Origin: an uncultured Klebsiella sp.
GTDB lineage: Bacteria > Chloroflexota > Chloroflexia > Chloroflexales > Roseiflexaceae
Direction: 5' to 3'
Length of the DNA: 64,000 nucleotides
Assembly (NCBI GenBank): GCA_964569955.1
Contig: CAZMWB010000002.1
Location: 39,753 to 103,752 of the forward strand
The notes beneath the pieces were generated by a model. The model was not told the origin of the DNA, searched no databases, and was given only the letters and a program-made list of their open reading frames with translations. How positions within the stretch are numbered: the first letter of the stretch is position 1; each line of letters opens with the position of its first letter. Positions 1-8,979 of this stretch are shown here, one piece after another. Made by a program: the position numbers and the translations under genes.

Positions 1-935
1 ACCTTATTGGCACCGCCTACTGGGCGCATGATGCAACGCTTTTGGCACAGATGGCTGCCGCCACTGGCCGCGACAACGATGCCAAGAAATATCAGAAACT
101 TGCCGCCGATGTACGCGCCGCATTCATTGCAGCACACGTTTCTCCCGAAGGCGCCGTAGTCGGTGATATCACCCAGATCCACCCGCATCTGGTGCATCTC
201 AACATGCAACTCAACGGTGAAACACAAACAAACTACGCATTGGCCATCAATCTCGACTTACTCCCCGCCGAAATGATCGCATATGCCACCGATCGGCTCG
301 TACGCGATATTATTCGGCGAGGAACCCATCTGTCAACGGGTTTTGTGGGCACCATGCACCTGCTCCCCGCATTGAGCAAAGGGGGTGCATTGGCCACCGC
401 ATATCGCCTGCTCCGCCAACAGTCTTTCCCATCGTGGCTCTACCCGGTCACCCAAGGGGCCACCACCATGTGGGAACGGTGGGATTCGTACCATCACGAG
501 TTTGGGCTACAAACACCCACCATGAACTCGTTCAATCACTTTGCATACGGTTGTGTGGGTGACTGGATGATGCGCACCGTGGTAGGCATCTGCGACCATC
601 CTGATCGGCCCGGATTCCGCCACGCACAAATCGCACCACAGCCTGGCGGCGGGCTGACTACCGCCCGTGGGAGCTATCAGTCACAATTCGGCACCTACAA
701 ATCGGCCTGGAAGCACAAGGGCAGTTTGTTGCAACTCGATGTGAGCATTCCCGCAGGATGTCATGCTGACGTGCACATCCCGTGTGACGACCTCAAATCG
801 GTACGCATTGATGGCAAAAAACCGACAAATGCCCAACTGCACAACGGCACATGTGTGGTGACACTCGGTTCTGGTGACTACGAAATTACCAGTACTTGGC
901 ACGACACCAGCTTAGTATCGCCACTCATGGCATAA
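1..935 (+). CDS. alpha-L-rhamnosidase (GH78), C-terminal part; the 5' end lies upstream of the window
   Basis: Frame 3 is open from nt 3 (LIGTAYWAHDATLLAQM...), so the track's Met at 42 is internal. The motifs 'GATTMWERWDSY' and 'NSFNHFAYGCVGDW' are typical of bacterial GH78 rhamnosidases. Stop TAA at 933-935. Confidence 0.8.
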   Translation, partial: LIGTAYWAHDATLLAQMAAATGRDNDAKKYQKLAADVRAAFIAAHVSPEGAVVGDITQIHPHLVHLNMQLNGETQTNYALAINLDLLPAEMIAYATDRLVRDIIRRGTHLSTGFVGTMHLLPALSKGGALATAYRLLRQQSFPSWLYPVTQGATTMWERWDSYHHEFGLQTPTMNSFNHFAYGCVGDWMMRTVVGICDHPDRPGFRHAQIAPQPGGGLTTARGSYQSQFGTYKSAWKHKGSLLQLDVSIPAGCHADVHIPCDDLKSVRIDGKKPTNAQLHNGTCVVTLGSGDYEITSTWHDTSLVSPLMA

Positions 936-956
936 CGTGCGCATACACACACACAA

Positions 957-992
957 CCCCCTCCGACATCCTGACGTGGATGTCGGAGGGGG
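957..992. terminator. bidirectional intrinsic-terminator-like hairpin between convergent genes
   Basis: Perfect 15-bp stem ccccctccgacatcc (957-971) / ggatgtcggaggggg (978-992) with the 6-nt loop tgacgt. It sits between the stops of the rhamnosidase (+) and the M20 peptidase (-). Confidence 0.7.
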
Positions 993-1009
993 TCTCGCTT
1001 CACATTCCC

Positions 1010-2134
1010 TCACGCCTGTACAGGCAACAGCTCACAAATGACTTGCGTACAAAGGTCACACAATGTGACCATTGACGGTAAATTCACCCATTCTTGGCAC
1101 TGATGAAAGTTACCACCAGTGCAGCCCACCAAAATGGTCGGGATGTGTGCCAACTCAGCAAACAGATTGGCATCACTGACACCCGTCGAATAGATGTACT
1201 CTGCGGGACGACCATGCACCGCAGTAAACGCTCGTTGCGTCGCCTGTACAAGTGGATGCTCACGCGGGAGTTCGAATGGCGGATAGTACGGTGGCGGGGT
1301 TGTAAGCTCGATTCGAGCCGGAGAATTCAACGCCGTGACCGTATCACGCATCTGCGCAAGGACCGTTTCGTTTGTTTCACCTGGCACAATTTGGCGTGAC
1401 ACCAGTACTTCGGCACGCTCCGGAATAGTCACTACATATTGCGCACTGCCACTCAGGAACGATAGTATTGACTGTGATGCGGGAATGCGTGGATGTTCGC
1501 CGAGCGGGAGTGCATCTACGCCCACCACAAAGCGAGCTGCTTCACTCGCCGCATTAACACCCTGCCACGGCATAAAGCCATGTGCAGCTTTGCCGATGAC
1601 ATCCGCCTTGATGAGAATCTTTCCCGTAGCACCGAGCTCTATGTTACTCAGGGATTCCGTCACAATACAGTAGTCCGCTTTAATACCCTGTGCAATCAGT
1701 GTATTGGCACCCAGTGAATAGGCTTCTTCGTCTACTACCACACTACAAATCAATGTACCCTGCCATTGATCACGATGGCGCGCAAATTCTCTCGTCACCA
1801 ACATGTTTGCTACCACGCCACACTTCATGTCGCAGGCACCCAGGCCGTACATGATATCACCTTCAATTTTGCCTTGCCATGGGTCACATTCCCAGCCGTC
1901 CGCTGCCAACACGGTATCGGTATGACCATTCAGCATAAATGTCGGACCAGCACCATTTTCGATGCGCACCACGATATTTGGCGCTTGCGTGGTCGGCCAT
2001 ACTTCGGCGATGATTCCTTGGGCATTGAACCAATCACGAATTGCGTACTGCACATCGTGTTCAGCACCTGGATAACTCTTGATGGCCACAAGCTGTCGGA
2101 GCAATTCGGTGGCTTCTTGTAAGTCGTACTGCAT
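1010..2134 (-). CDS. M20 family metallopeptidase (ArgE/DapE/acetylornithine-deacetylase-like)
   Basis: Metal-site motifs 'NGHTDTV', 'GACDMKCG' and 'VVVDEEAYS'. Start taken at ATG 2134 (MQYDLQEATELL), preceded by GGAGGTG 7 nt upstream and lying 4 nt after the upstream stop. The track's longer N-terminus overlaps the upstream gene. Confidence 0.8.
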   Translation of the reverse strand: MQYDLQEATELLRQLVAIKSYPGAEHDVQYAIRDWFNAQGIIAEVWPTTQAPNIVVRIENGAGPTFMLNGHTDTVLAADGWECDPWQGKIEGDIMYGLGACDMKCGVVANMLVTREFARHRDQWQGTLICSVVVDEEAYSLGANTLIAQGIKADYCIVTESLSNIELGATGKILIKADVIGKAAHGFMPWQGVNAASEAARFVVGVDALPLGEHPRIPASQSILSFLSGSAQYVVTIPERAEVLVSRQIVPGETNETVLAQMRDTVTALNSPARIELTTPPPYYPPFELPREHPLVQATQRAFTAVHGRPAEYIYSTGVSDANLFAELAHIPTILVGCTGGNFHQCQEWVNLPSMVTLCDLCTQVICELLPVQA

Positions 2135-2138
2135 CACA

Positions 2139-2963
2139 TCACACCTCCATATGTCGTTGTGCAAATTCACGAATGAGTGCTTCATATGCGGCAGGAGCGT
2201 CACGACGCACACAATGACCAACATCGCGAATAAATGCTATTTCAATCATAATTGATTGCGCCCGTACCTGTGCCGCATCTGCCGCCGTCAAAATAGCACG
2301 CTTGGCTGGATCACCGAGTACGAGCAACGCCGGCACAGTCAATTGACGAACCTGCGTCTGCCACAATACCAAGCGCTCAGGCTCAAACCACGGGATACGC
2401 GCTTTAAGGTCGTGTTTGGCCTGTGCCCATGTGACGACTTCGCCTGCTTGCCACGTCGGATTATCGTGGATGCACTGCATGACTAACTGCTCGATTGACA
2501 GCGCTTGCATACTATCAATCCAAGCATAGACGCCCGCAGACCAGGCTACAAGTTCTTGCGCATCACGTGCACTACCGAGACCAGCCAACGGTGGATCCTC
2601 GAGCACCACTGCCTGTATCAATGATGCGTGTTGTGCAGCGAGTGCCAACGCCGTCATCGCCCCCATAGAATGTCCTACCACGAGTGGTTTAGCCAGTCCA
2701 AGTTGGGTAATCAGCTGTGCCACGTCTTGGGCATGGTCAACAGGCATATAATGACAGTCCGGTTTGCACGAACGGCCATGCCCACGCGCATCAACGAGGA
2801 TGACATCGTAGCGAGATGCAAGGCTGCCCGCGAGTAGCTTCCAGCATGCGCCACTATCTGTCATGCCATGCAAAAAGATGATGGGAGCGCCTTTTCCCAG
2901 ACGCTGATACGCTATGTGCCCGCCAGCCGCATCTATCATTCCATCTTGCCACGTCAACGTCAT
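2139..2963 (-). CDS. alpha/beta-fold hydrolase, paralog 1 of 3
   Basis: Nucleophile elbow 'GHSMGA', 'LHGMTDSGACW', and C-terminal 'DVGHCVRRDAP' (candidate catalytic His). Start ATG 2963 (MTLTWQDG) follows a GAAGGAA RBS. Confidence 0.8.
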   Translation of the reverse strand: MTLTWQDGMIDAAGGHIAYQRLGKGAPIIFLHGMTDSGACWKLLAGSLASRYDVILVDARGHGRSCKPDCHYMPVDHAQDVAQLITQLGLAKPLVVGHSMGAMTALALAAQHASLIQAVVLEDPPLAGLGSARDAQELVAWSAGVYAWIDSMQALSIEQLVMQCIHDNPTWQAGEVVTWAQAKHDLKARIPWFEPERLVLWQTQVRQLTVPALLVLGDPAKRAILTAADAAQVRAQSIMIEIAFIRDVGHCVRRDAPAAYEALIREFAQRHMEV

Positions 2964-2993
2964 TATTTCCTTCTTTCGAGTGGTGGTGTGCAC

Positions 2994-3809
2994 CTAATGG
3001 CGTTGCACGTATTCTCGTACCAATGCCGTAAACGCGTCTGGTGCTTCGCGTCGGATACAATGACCAGCGTTGCGAATATGCGCGACTTCGATGTGTGACG
3101 ATGCCGCACGAGCCTGTGCCACTGAATCGGCGGGTGCGATTGAACCCATTTGCTCATCCGAGCAGATAAGGAGTGTCGGTACACCGACCTGTGCACACAA
3201 CGTTTGCCACGGTTGCGAGCGGTCTCGATGTGATACTGGTACGCCAAATTCATGCTTCGACTGCACCCACGCCTCGAGTTCCTCGGCGCGCCACGTCGGG
3301 TTTTCGCGGATACAGCGCATGAGCAATTCAGGCGCCGGTGTCTGCTTCATTTCACTTATCCACTTCTCGAAACGTGCCACATTAGCTTGACGTTCGGCAT
3401 CACTCAACGGAACTGCCGGCACACCCCACAGCGGGGGATCTTCGAGGATAACTGCACGGAGCAACTCGGGATACATGGTGGCCGCATGAAGCGACATATC
3501 TGCCCCCATGGAATGCCCAATTAAAAACGGTTTAACCAGATTCAGTTGCTCGATGAGTGCTTTGGTATCTCCTGCTCTGTCAATGCCACCATTGTGTGAC
3601 TCGGTACGATCCGATTGACCATGATTACGGGCGTCGAGCAATACAACATCATACTGCGCCACAAAATTCCGCTCTGCCCATGCTTTCCAACAATTGCCAT
3701 TGTCTGAAAAGCCATGCGCCATGATAAATGGCGCACCGCTCCCAGCACGTTGATAGCGAATCTTCACAGTTCCTGATTGCACAAATCCTGATTGCCACGT
3801 GATCGTCAT
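2994..3809 (-). CDS. alpha/beta-fold hydrolase, paralog 2 of 3
   Basis: 'GHSMGA', 'AHGFSDNGNCW' and 'NAGHCIRREAP'. Start ATG 3809 (MTITWQSG) follows an AAGGAG RBS. Confidence 0.8.
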   Translation of the reverse strand: MTITWQSGFVQSGTVKIRYQRAGSGAPFIMAHGFSDNGNCWKAWAERNFVAQYDVVLLDARNHGQSDRTESHNGGIDRAGDTKALIEQLNLVKPFLIGHSMGADMSLHAATMYPELLRAVILEDPPLWGVPAVPLSDAERQANVARFEKWISEMKQTPAPELLMRCIRENPTWRAEELEAWVQSKHEFGVPVSHRDRSQPWQTLCAQVGVPTLLICSDEQMGSIAPADSVAQARAASSHIEVAHIRNAGHCIRREAPDAFTALVREYVQRH

Positions 3810-3813
3810 CGGG

Positions 3814-4644
3814 TTACTCCTTTGCCGTCTGCGGTGTGTGTCGTCGAATAAATTCGGTCACCAAGGCACGAAAAGCGGCTGGTGCGTCACGGCGAATACA
3901 ATGCCCGGCATCACGTATATGGGCAACTTCCACGCAATGTGCACGTTGACGTGTTTCAGCAGCCGCAGAAGCACTCACCAGCCCACCCCGTGATTCATCG
4001 GCGGTTATCAGTAACGTAGGCACCACCAGAGACGCTATGCGTTGTTGCCACGGCACCATGTTGCGTGCATCTTCCCACAGGAGCCGCGGTGACAAAGCAT
4101 GTTTTGCTTCGGCCCATGCCACGAGCTCAGCAGCTTGCCACGTGGGGTTTTCGTTGATGCAACGGCGAATCACCGCATCGAGTGGCATCGCTTGTAATTC
4201 ATCAATCCACTGCCAAACATGGTGGCGAGCAGTCTCACGCTGTGCATCCGTTTCCAACGTAATCGGCCGAAATCGAGGGTCTTCGAGCACTATGGCACGG
4301 ATGCGTGTCGGATAGCTACATGCAGCAATATACGCAACCATCGCCCCCATGGAATGACCAACTATAATCGGAGACACGATGTGCAACTTGTCCATTACGG
4401 CACGCACATCCTCGACATGATCCACGTGCGCCACACGGTCGTGCGTATTTCCCGATTGTCCATGCCCACGGGCATCAACCAAATAGATGGCATACTGGGC
4501 AGCAAGTGGGTTTGCAAATGCTTTCCAACACTCACCACTATCCGTCATACCATGTAACATGATAATCGGCTGACCATGACCGGCGTGTTGCACATGCACA
4601 CACACATCACCGGTATCTACAAACAACGATTGCCAGGCAGTCAA
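3814..4644 (-). CDS. alpha/beta-fold hydrolase, paralog 3 of 3 (probable TTG start)
   Basis: 'GHSMGAM', 'LHGMTDSGECW' and 'DAGHCIRRDAP'. The track's start at 4686 is GTG. On the minus strand I read ...CAGGAGGTTCATTTGACTGCCTGGCAA, which is AGGAGG followed 5 nt later by TTG at 4644. That start gives (M)TAWQS, matching the MT[LI]TWQ N-termini of the two paralogs and removing the overlap with the thioesterase. Confidence 0.75.
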   Translation of the reverse strand: MTAWQSLFVDTGDVCVHVQHAGHGQPIIMLHGMTDSGECWKAFANPLAAQYAIYLVDARGHGQSGNTHDRVAHVDHVEDVRAVMDKLHIVSPIIVGHSMGAMVAYIAACSYPTRIRAIVLEDPRFRPITLETDAQRETARHHVWQWIDELQAMPLDAVIRRCINENPTWQAAELVAWAEAKHALSPRLLWEDARNMVPWQQRIASLVVPTLLITADESRGGLVSASAAAETRQRAHCVEVAHIRDAGHCIRRDAPAAFRALVTEFIRRHTPQTAKE

Positions 4645-4661
4645 ATGAACCTCCTGTCGCC

Positions 4662-5081
4662 CTACTGTGACACTTGGGCGAGCCACGGTCGGAGTAGTTG
4701 CGCAAGGTCTACGGGGAGCGTGGTTGGCCGCATACCGACCCGTTGCACCACGATGTGACTCGTATGAGCTTCCACAAGCACTTCGTGTGTATCACCAGCC
4801 AGCACCGTATATGCGAAAGCAAGCTGCCGGCTCTTGAGCGTGGTGAGCGTCGTCTGCACCACAATGGCGTCGTCAAATCGAGCTGGACGACGATAACGCA
4901 CCCCGAGATCGGAGAGTACCACCAACAATCCACGGGCCTCGATTTCACCATATGGACATCCCGCAGCACGCAACAAGTTCACACGCCCTACTTCCAACCA
5001 GGGGACATATGCGGCATGATGCACAACACCCATGGCGTCAGTTTCCGCATAGCGCACGCGTAACTGGGATGTATGCATCAT
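4662..5081 (-). CDS. acyl-CoA thioesterase, 4HBT/YbgC family
   Basis: 'RVRYAETDAMGVVHHAAYVPWLEVGR' is the hot-dog 4HBT signature. Start ATG 5081 (MMHTSQL) forms an ATGA overlap with the MBL gene stop. Confidence 0.8.
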   Translation of the reverse strand: MMHTSQLRVRYAETDAMGVVHHAAYVPWLEVGRVNLLRAAGCPYGEIEARGLLVVLSDLGVRYRRPARFDDAIVVQTTLTTLKSRQLAFAYTVLAGDTHEVLVEAHTSHIVVQRVGMRPTTLPVDLAQLLRPWLAQVSQ

Positions 5082-5995
5082 GAACGAACCTGCCACAGTG
5101 GACCCGCTTCAGTCAGCATGACATCGAGTACACCATCTGCGTGCAACGCTGCCAAGTAAGCAGCTATCCCCGATGCAAAAACAGCATATTGCGCCAGTGC
5201 CGTCGAAGGCAATCCGAGTGTCTGTTGCACCACAGCGACAATCTCCTGTACGGATCGGGGCTGTTGACACGCAGTGGTTACCAACGCCTTTGCCTGTGTA
5301 ATCGCATGTCGGTTACGCATCAACGTTTCTCCCAAGCCAGCCCGATTAGTGAGTACTCCATGCCCCGGAATCCACGTATGCGCATCCACAGTAGCAATTG
5401 CATCAAACGAGGCAAGTTGTGCATTCACATCGTGCGCATAAGGGATACCATATTTTTCGAGCACTGCATCACCAAAAAAACTATCCGCGGCAAAACACAC
5501 CCCATCACACGTCACCGCAATTTGTGCCAATGAATGACCGGGAACTGCGTGTAGCACCAATTCGCGTTGCCCGATGACAAGTGTGGTTGCGTGCGTACTA
5601 ATGCGATGATGAACGGGAGCAGCAGTAGCCATCACAAAGCGGTTGCGCAAGGCAGGGATGGGAGTCGCCCCCAGTGACAGGTAACTCGGCTCTAAATAGG
5701 GATCCTCGATGAACGGTGCTTCGCGGTGTGGTGCATACACCTGCAGGTCGGGCACATTGCGTACCAAGTAGTCGTTGCCACCGATATGATCTGCATGATG
5801 ATGCGTGGAAATCACTGCCACGAGCTGCAACGATGCCGCTTCACACGCACGACGCAACAACCGTCCGGATTCTTTGTCTATACCCGTGTCAACGGCCACT
5901 GCGCTCCCCGCATCCACCACCACTACTCCCAAATTATTGGTACCAGGAATATATGCCACATGTGTACCGATAAACTGCAATTCAGCTGGTGCCAT
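5078..5995 (-). CDS. MBL-fold metallo-hydrolase
   Basis: H-x-H-x-D-H motif 'STHHHADHIGG', plus downstream 'VPGHS' and 'IPGHG' His ligand contexts. Confidence 0.8.
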   Translation of the reverse strand: MAPAELQFIGTHVAYIPGTNNLGVVVVDAGSAVAVDTGIDKESGRLLRRACEAASLQLVAVISTHHHADHIGGNDYLVRNVPDLQVYAPHREAPFIEDPYLEPSYLSLGATPIPALRNRFVMATAAPVHHRISTHATTLVIGQRELVLHAVPGHSLAQIAVTCDGVCFAADSFFGDAVLEKYGIPYAHDVNAQLASFDAIATVDAHTWIPGHGVLTNRAGLGETLMRNRHAITQAKALVTTACQQPRSVQEIVAVVQQTLGLPSTALAQYAVFASGIAAYLAALHADGVLDVMLTEAGPLWQVRS

Positions 5996-6350
5996 CGTGC
6001 CACCGTAACACTATACGCGGAAGCGTGCGAATATCAAGCAAATCGGTATCCTCGGCTGGGATACACGTAGCCAGCAAAGCCAAGGATTCACGGACAGCGC
6101 CGAGATCAATTCCCGTTGAACCAGACGCATCACCCAGTAATTCACGAGCACGTGCAACGAGTTTCCGTGGTGACACAATATACCCGAGATGCAGTTGAAG
6201 CATCACATTGGCGAGTTGAATCAACACTTTGAGTTCGACATCGCGTGTTTCAACCCACACCGACTCAAATTGCAACAGCGCATCACGCCACTGCGCATCA
6301 TTGAAATGCCGGACTGCCGTTACAATGCGCTCATCGGCGTGTTGCGTCAT
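5982..6350 (-). CDS. DUF309-like small protein
   Basis: Start taken at ATG 6350 (MTQHADERIVTAV). 'FNDAQWRDALLQFESVW...LIQLANVMLQLHLG' resembles the DUF309 pattern, recalled from memory. The track's 68-aa N-terminal extension overlaps the upstream membrane-protein gene. Confidence 0.55.
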   Translation of the reverse strand: MTQHADERIVTAVRHFNDAQWRDALLQFESVWVETRDVELKVLIQLANVMLQLHLGYIVSPRKLVARARELLGDASGSTGIDLGAVRESLALLATCIPAEDTDLLDIRTLPRIVLRWHDGTS

Positions 6351-6681
6351 CGTCACCGGTCGCCTTAAATTCGTCGGCTTGACGCTGCACTTCGTGACGA
6401 ATCTGCAGGGCTTCGTTGCGCAACGCCGCCCGCACCAAAAAGACACCCGCAACTGCAATACAGGCGAATGCCAGCAAGGCAACCCACCCTTGGAACAACG
6501 TGACATCCACACCAAACATGCGGAGTGCCGCATTAGCAGCCAAGATACCTGCACCTGCGGCGGCCGCGCGCATAGCGTAGGCGCGATTCTGTTGTTTTTG
6601 CGCCTGTGCGCGTTGAGCCATCATCAAAAATACTGCTACTGCAACCATTGCGATTAGTGTTTGTGCAAGTGGGGTTTGCAT
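6331..6681 (-). CDS. small membrane protein, unknown function
   Basis: Three hydrophobic segments (LIAMVAVAVFLMMA, AAGAGILAANAAL, WVALLAFACIAVAGVFLV) and a charged C-terminus. GAGG RBS upstream of ATG 6681. Confidence 0.5.
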   Translation of the reverse strand: MQTPLAQTLIAMVAVAVFLMMAQRAQAQKQQNRAYAMRAAAAGAGILAANAALRMFGVDVTLFQGWVALLAFACIAVAGVFLVRAALRNEALQIRHEVQRQADEFKATGDDDATRR

Positions 6682-6739
6682 GTGTGTGCCTCATCTAGCC
6701 TGTTAGCCCCATTATATACGCATTCCGAGCAAATCCATG

Positions 6740-8251
6740 CTACGCATGCTGACCCTGGCGGAACCCACGGTACTGCAGAGCTTCGGCGATATGTGCTTGC
6801 TTCACGGTTTCACTCTGTGCCAAATCAGCGATAGTACGCGCCACCCGCAGAATGCGAAAGTAGGCACGCGCAGAGAGACCGAGGCGTTCGATGGCTACTT
6901 GCAAGAGGGTCTGCCCCAATGCATCCGGTGTGGCATGATGACGCAGTTCTGCCACCTGTAAGTCGGCATTGGGCACAGTCTGATGGCGCGTCTGCACAAA
7001 TTGGCGTGCTGCCATCACACGTTGTTGGATGAGCGCCGATGACTCGCCATATGCTACATGCAGAAGCTGCTGGGATTCGATGCGTGGCACATCGAGATGC
7101 ATGTCAATCCGGTCCAAGATGGGTCCACTCACACGCCGTTGGTAACGCTCCAAGGCATGTGGTGTACAGGTACACGACCGATCACGATCGCCGTACCAAC
7201 CACACGGGCACGGATTACGTGCAGCAACCAACAAAAAGTTGGCCGGCAGTTCGAGGGAGCCATGTGCACGACTAATCGTGATGGTGCGATCTTCGAGAGG
7301 CTGGCGCAGGGCATCGAGTTTTCCCGCAAATTCGGGAAATTCATCCAAAAAAAGTATACCGTGATGGGCGAGTGTGACCATACCAGGACGGATGCGCACA
7401 GCACCACCACCCACAAGGCCAGCCAAGGACGTGGTATGGTGGGGCGCACAATAGGGCCGTATTTGTAAAAGCGGTGTATCGCGACGCAACGTGCCCGCCA
7501 CACTCTGAATTTTGGCAACAGCAATCGCTTCGTGGTGAGTGAGTGGAGGCATGATGCCCCAGAGGGCACGTGCCATCATCGTTTTACCTGAGCCTGGGCA
7601 TCCGGTTAATAATATGTTATGTCCACCTGCTGCTACAATTTCGAGGGCTCGTCGGGCATGCTGATTGCCCCGGACATCGGCAAAGTCAATGTACTCAGGG
7701 GGAATACTTGTCTCAACAGCAGGTGGAAGTAACACGGTGGGACGTTGACCAGCGAGCACCATGGCCACATCTGCGATTGTTGCGCAGGGGATGATTTCGA
7801 TGTCGGCCACGAGCTGCGCTTCGTGCACATCACTGTGCGGCACCACCACGTGTGTCATGCCGGCATCCTTCGCCGCAATGACCATGGGCAGGATACCGTC
7901 GGTATGACGGAGACTTCCATCGAATCCGACTTCACCGAGAAACGCCATGCTACTCTCGGGCATTGCGATTTGCTGGGTAGCCGCTAAAATCGCCATGGTA
8001 ATCGGGAGATCGTACGCAGGACCTACCTTGCGCAAATCGGCGGGAGCCAAACTCACCGCCACTCTACGCATGGGAAACTCGAAGCCGGAATTACGAATAG
8101 CGGCACGCACACGCTCCCGACTCTCTTGTACAGCAGTATCGGCCAATCCAACTACCGCAAAAAACGGCAACCCTCCTGCAATATCCACTTCGACGAGTAC
8201 GGGAATACCGTCCAATCCCTTGAGCGCACAACTCATCACTCGTGCTAACAT
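6740..8251 (-). CDS. comM: YifB/ComM family Mg-chelatase-like AAA+ ATPase
   Basis: Walker A 'GCPGSGKT', Walker B 'ILFLDEFPEF', N-terminal ChlI/Lon-like region 'ALKGLDGIPVLVEVD', and C-terminal 'SARAYFRILRVARTIADL'. Start ATG 8251 follows an AGGAGG RBS. The track's longer start would run through the terminator at 8303-8337. Confidence 0.85.
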   Translation of the reverse strand: MLARVMSCALKGLDGIPVLVEVDIAGGLPFFAVVGLADTAVQESRERVRAAIRNSGFEFPMRRVAVSLAPADLRKVGPAYDLPITMAILAATQQIAMPESSMAFLGEVGFDGSLRHTDGILPMVIAAKDAGMTHVVVPHSDVHEAQLVADIEIIPCATIADVAMVLAGQRPTVLLPPAVETSIPPEYIDFADVRGNQHARRALEIVAAGGHNILLTGCPGSGKTMMARALWGIMPPLTHHEAIAVAKIQSVAGTLRRDTPLLQIRPYCAPHHTTSLAGLVGGGAVRIRPGMVTLAHHGILFLDEFPEFAGKLDALRQPLEDRTITISRAHGSLELPANFLLVAARNPCPCGWYGDRDRSCTCTPHALERYQRRVSGPILDRIDMHLDVPRIESQQLLHVAYGESSALIQQRVMAARQFVQTRHQTVPNADLQVAELRHHATPDALGQTLLQVAIERLGLSARAYFRILRVARTIADLAQSETVKQAHIAEALQYRGFRQGQHA

Positions 8252-8302
8252 GGCACACCTCCTTTTGCGCGTTCTACCGAAAACGTAGACCGAAAAGGTA
8301 CG

Positions 8303-8337
8303 CAAAAAACCACCACGCACAATGATGTGCGTGGTGG
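8303..8337 (-). terminator. rho-independent terminator after the 8353-8910 gene
   Basis: 12-bp stem ccaccacgcaca / tgtgcgtggtgg (8310-8337) with loop atga. On the minus strand it is followed by a T6 tract (aaaaaa at 8304-8309 on the plus strand). Confidence 0.75.
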
Positions 8338-8352
8338 GAAGAGCTTAACCAG

Positions 8353-8910
8353 TTATTCTTCGGGGAGTTCGTCGTAGTATGCGGACAAGCCACTGACGAT
8401 ACATTGCACGAGCAAGGGTGTTGAAGACTCACTCATGAGTGTCATATAGGTATTATTTGCGAGCAAAATCGCACCCACTTTATCATCTGCGGCAATCAGG
8501 GCAGGCAAAAAGCGTTGCGCCTGTTCTGCGAGTGCACGGCGGATACGTGCGGAAGCGATAGTACCAACTGCTGACAAAATGTACTGTGTGAACGCAGGGT
8601 CGGCTTCGTCCTCAACGATTGGCGGTTCACCTATAGCATCAATGATGTCTGCGATAATCCAGCCATCGAGTGCGAGTGATTGAAATTGGTCTTGGCGGAA
8701 CAAGGCCAAACTCATTTCGTTGTAGGCGTCGAGTGATGGAATGGCATCTTGGACGGTCTCACGAAAGTAGCGTGCTGATTCCATGGCTTGGCGCATAGAC
8801 GCTAATTCTTCTTTGCTTGGGGCATCTTCAAGCCAAGTCCCCACACAACGAGTATAGGCCGCATGCACATATGCAGTAGAACGGCGGGGAGGACGAACAG
8901 GTGCAGTCAT
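8353..8910 (-). CDS. hypothetical protein
   Basis: Open frame with protein-like composition and no motif I recognise. Start ATG 8910 (MTAPVRPP) is preceded by a GAGGAA RBS. Confidence 0.5.
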   Translation of the reverse strand: MTAPVRPPRRSTAYVHAAYTRCVGTWLEDAPSKEELASMRQAMESARYFRETVQDAIPSLDAYNEMSLALFRQDQFQSLALDGWIIADIIDAIGEPPIVEDEADPAFTQYILSAVGTIASARIRRALAEQAQRFLPALIAADDKVGAILLANNTYMTLMSESSTPLLVQCIVSGLSAYYDELPEE

Positions 8911-8979
8911 GGCGTTCCTCAATCTCAAAACGGCTCTTATCAGTGTATATGACAGTGCGCAAACGTGCAAGAAGGCTGT

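Noticed and set aside
6351-6554. N-terminal 68 aa of the 190-aa track ORF (5982-6554)
   Set aside because: It is Cys/Arg/Trp-rich and overlaps the better-supported membrane-protein gene. The DUF309-like part starts at ATG 6350.
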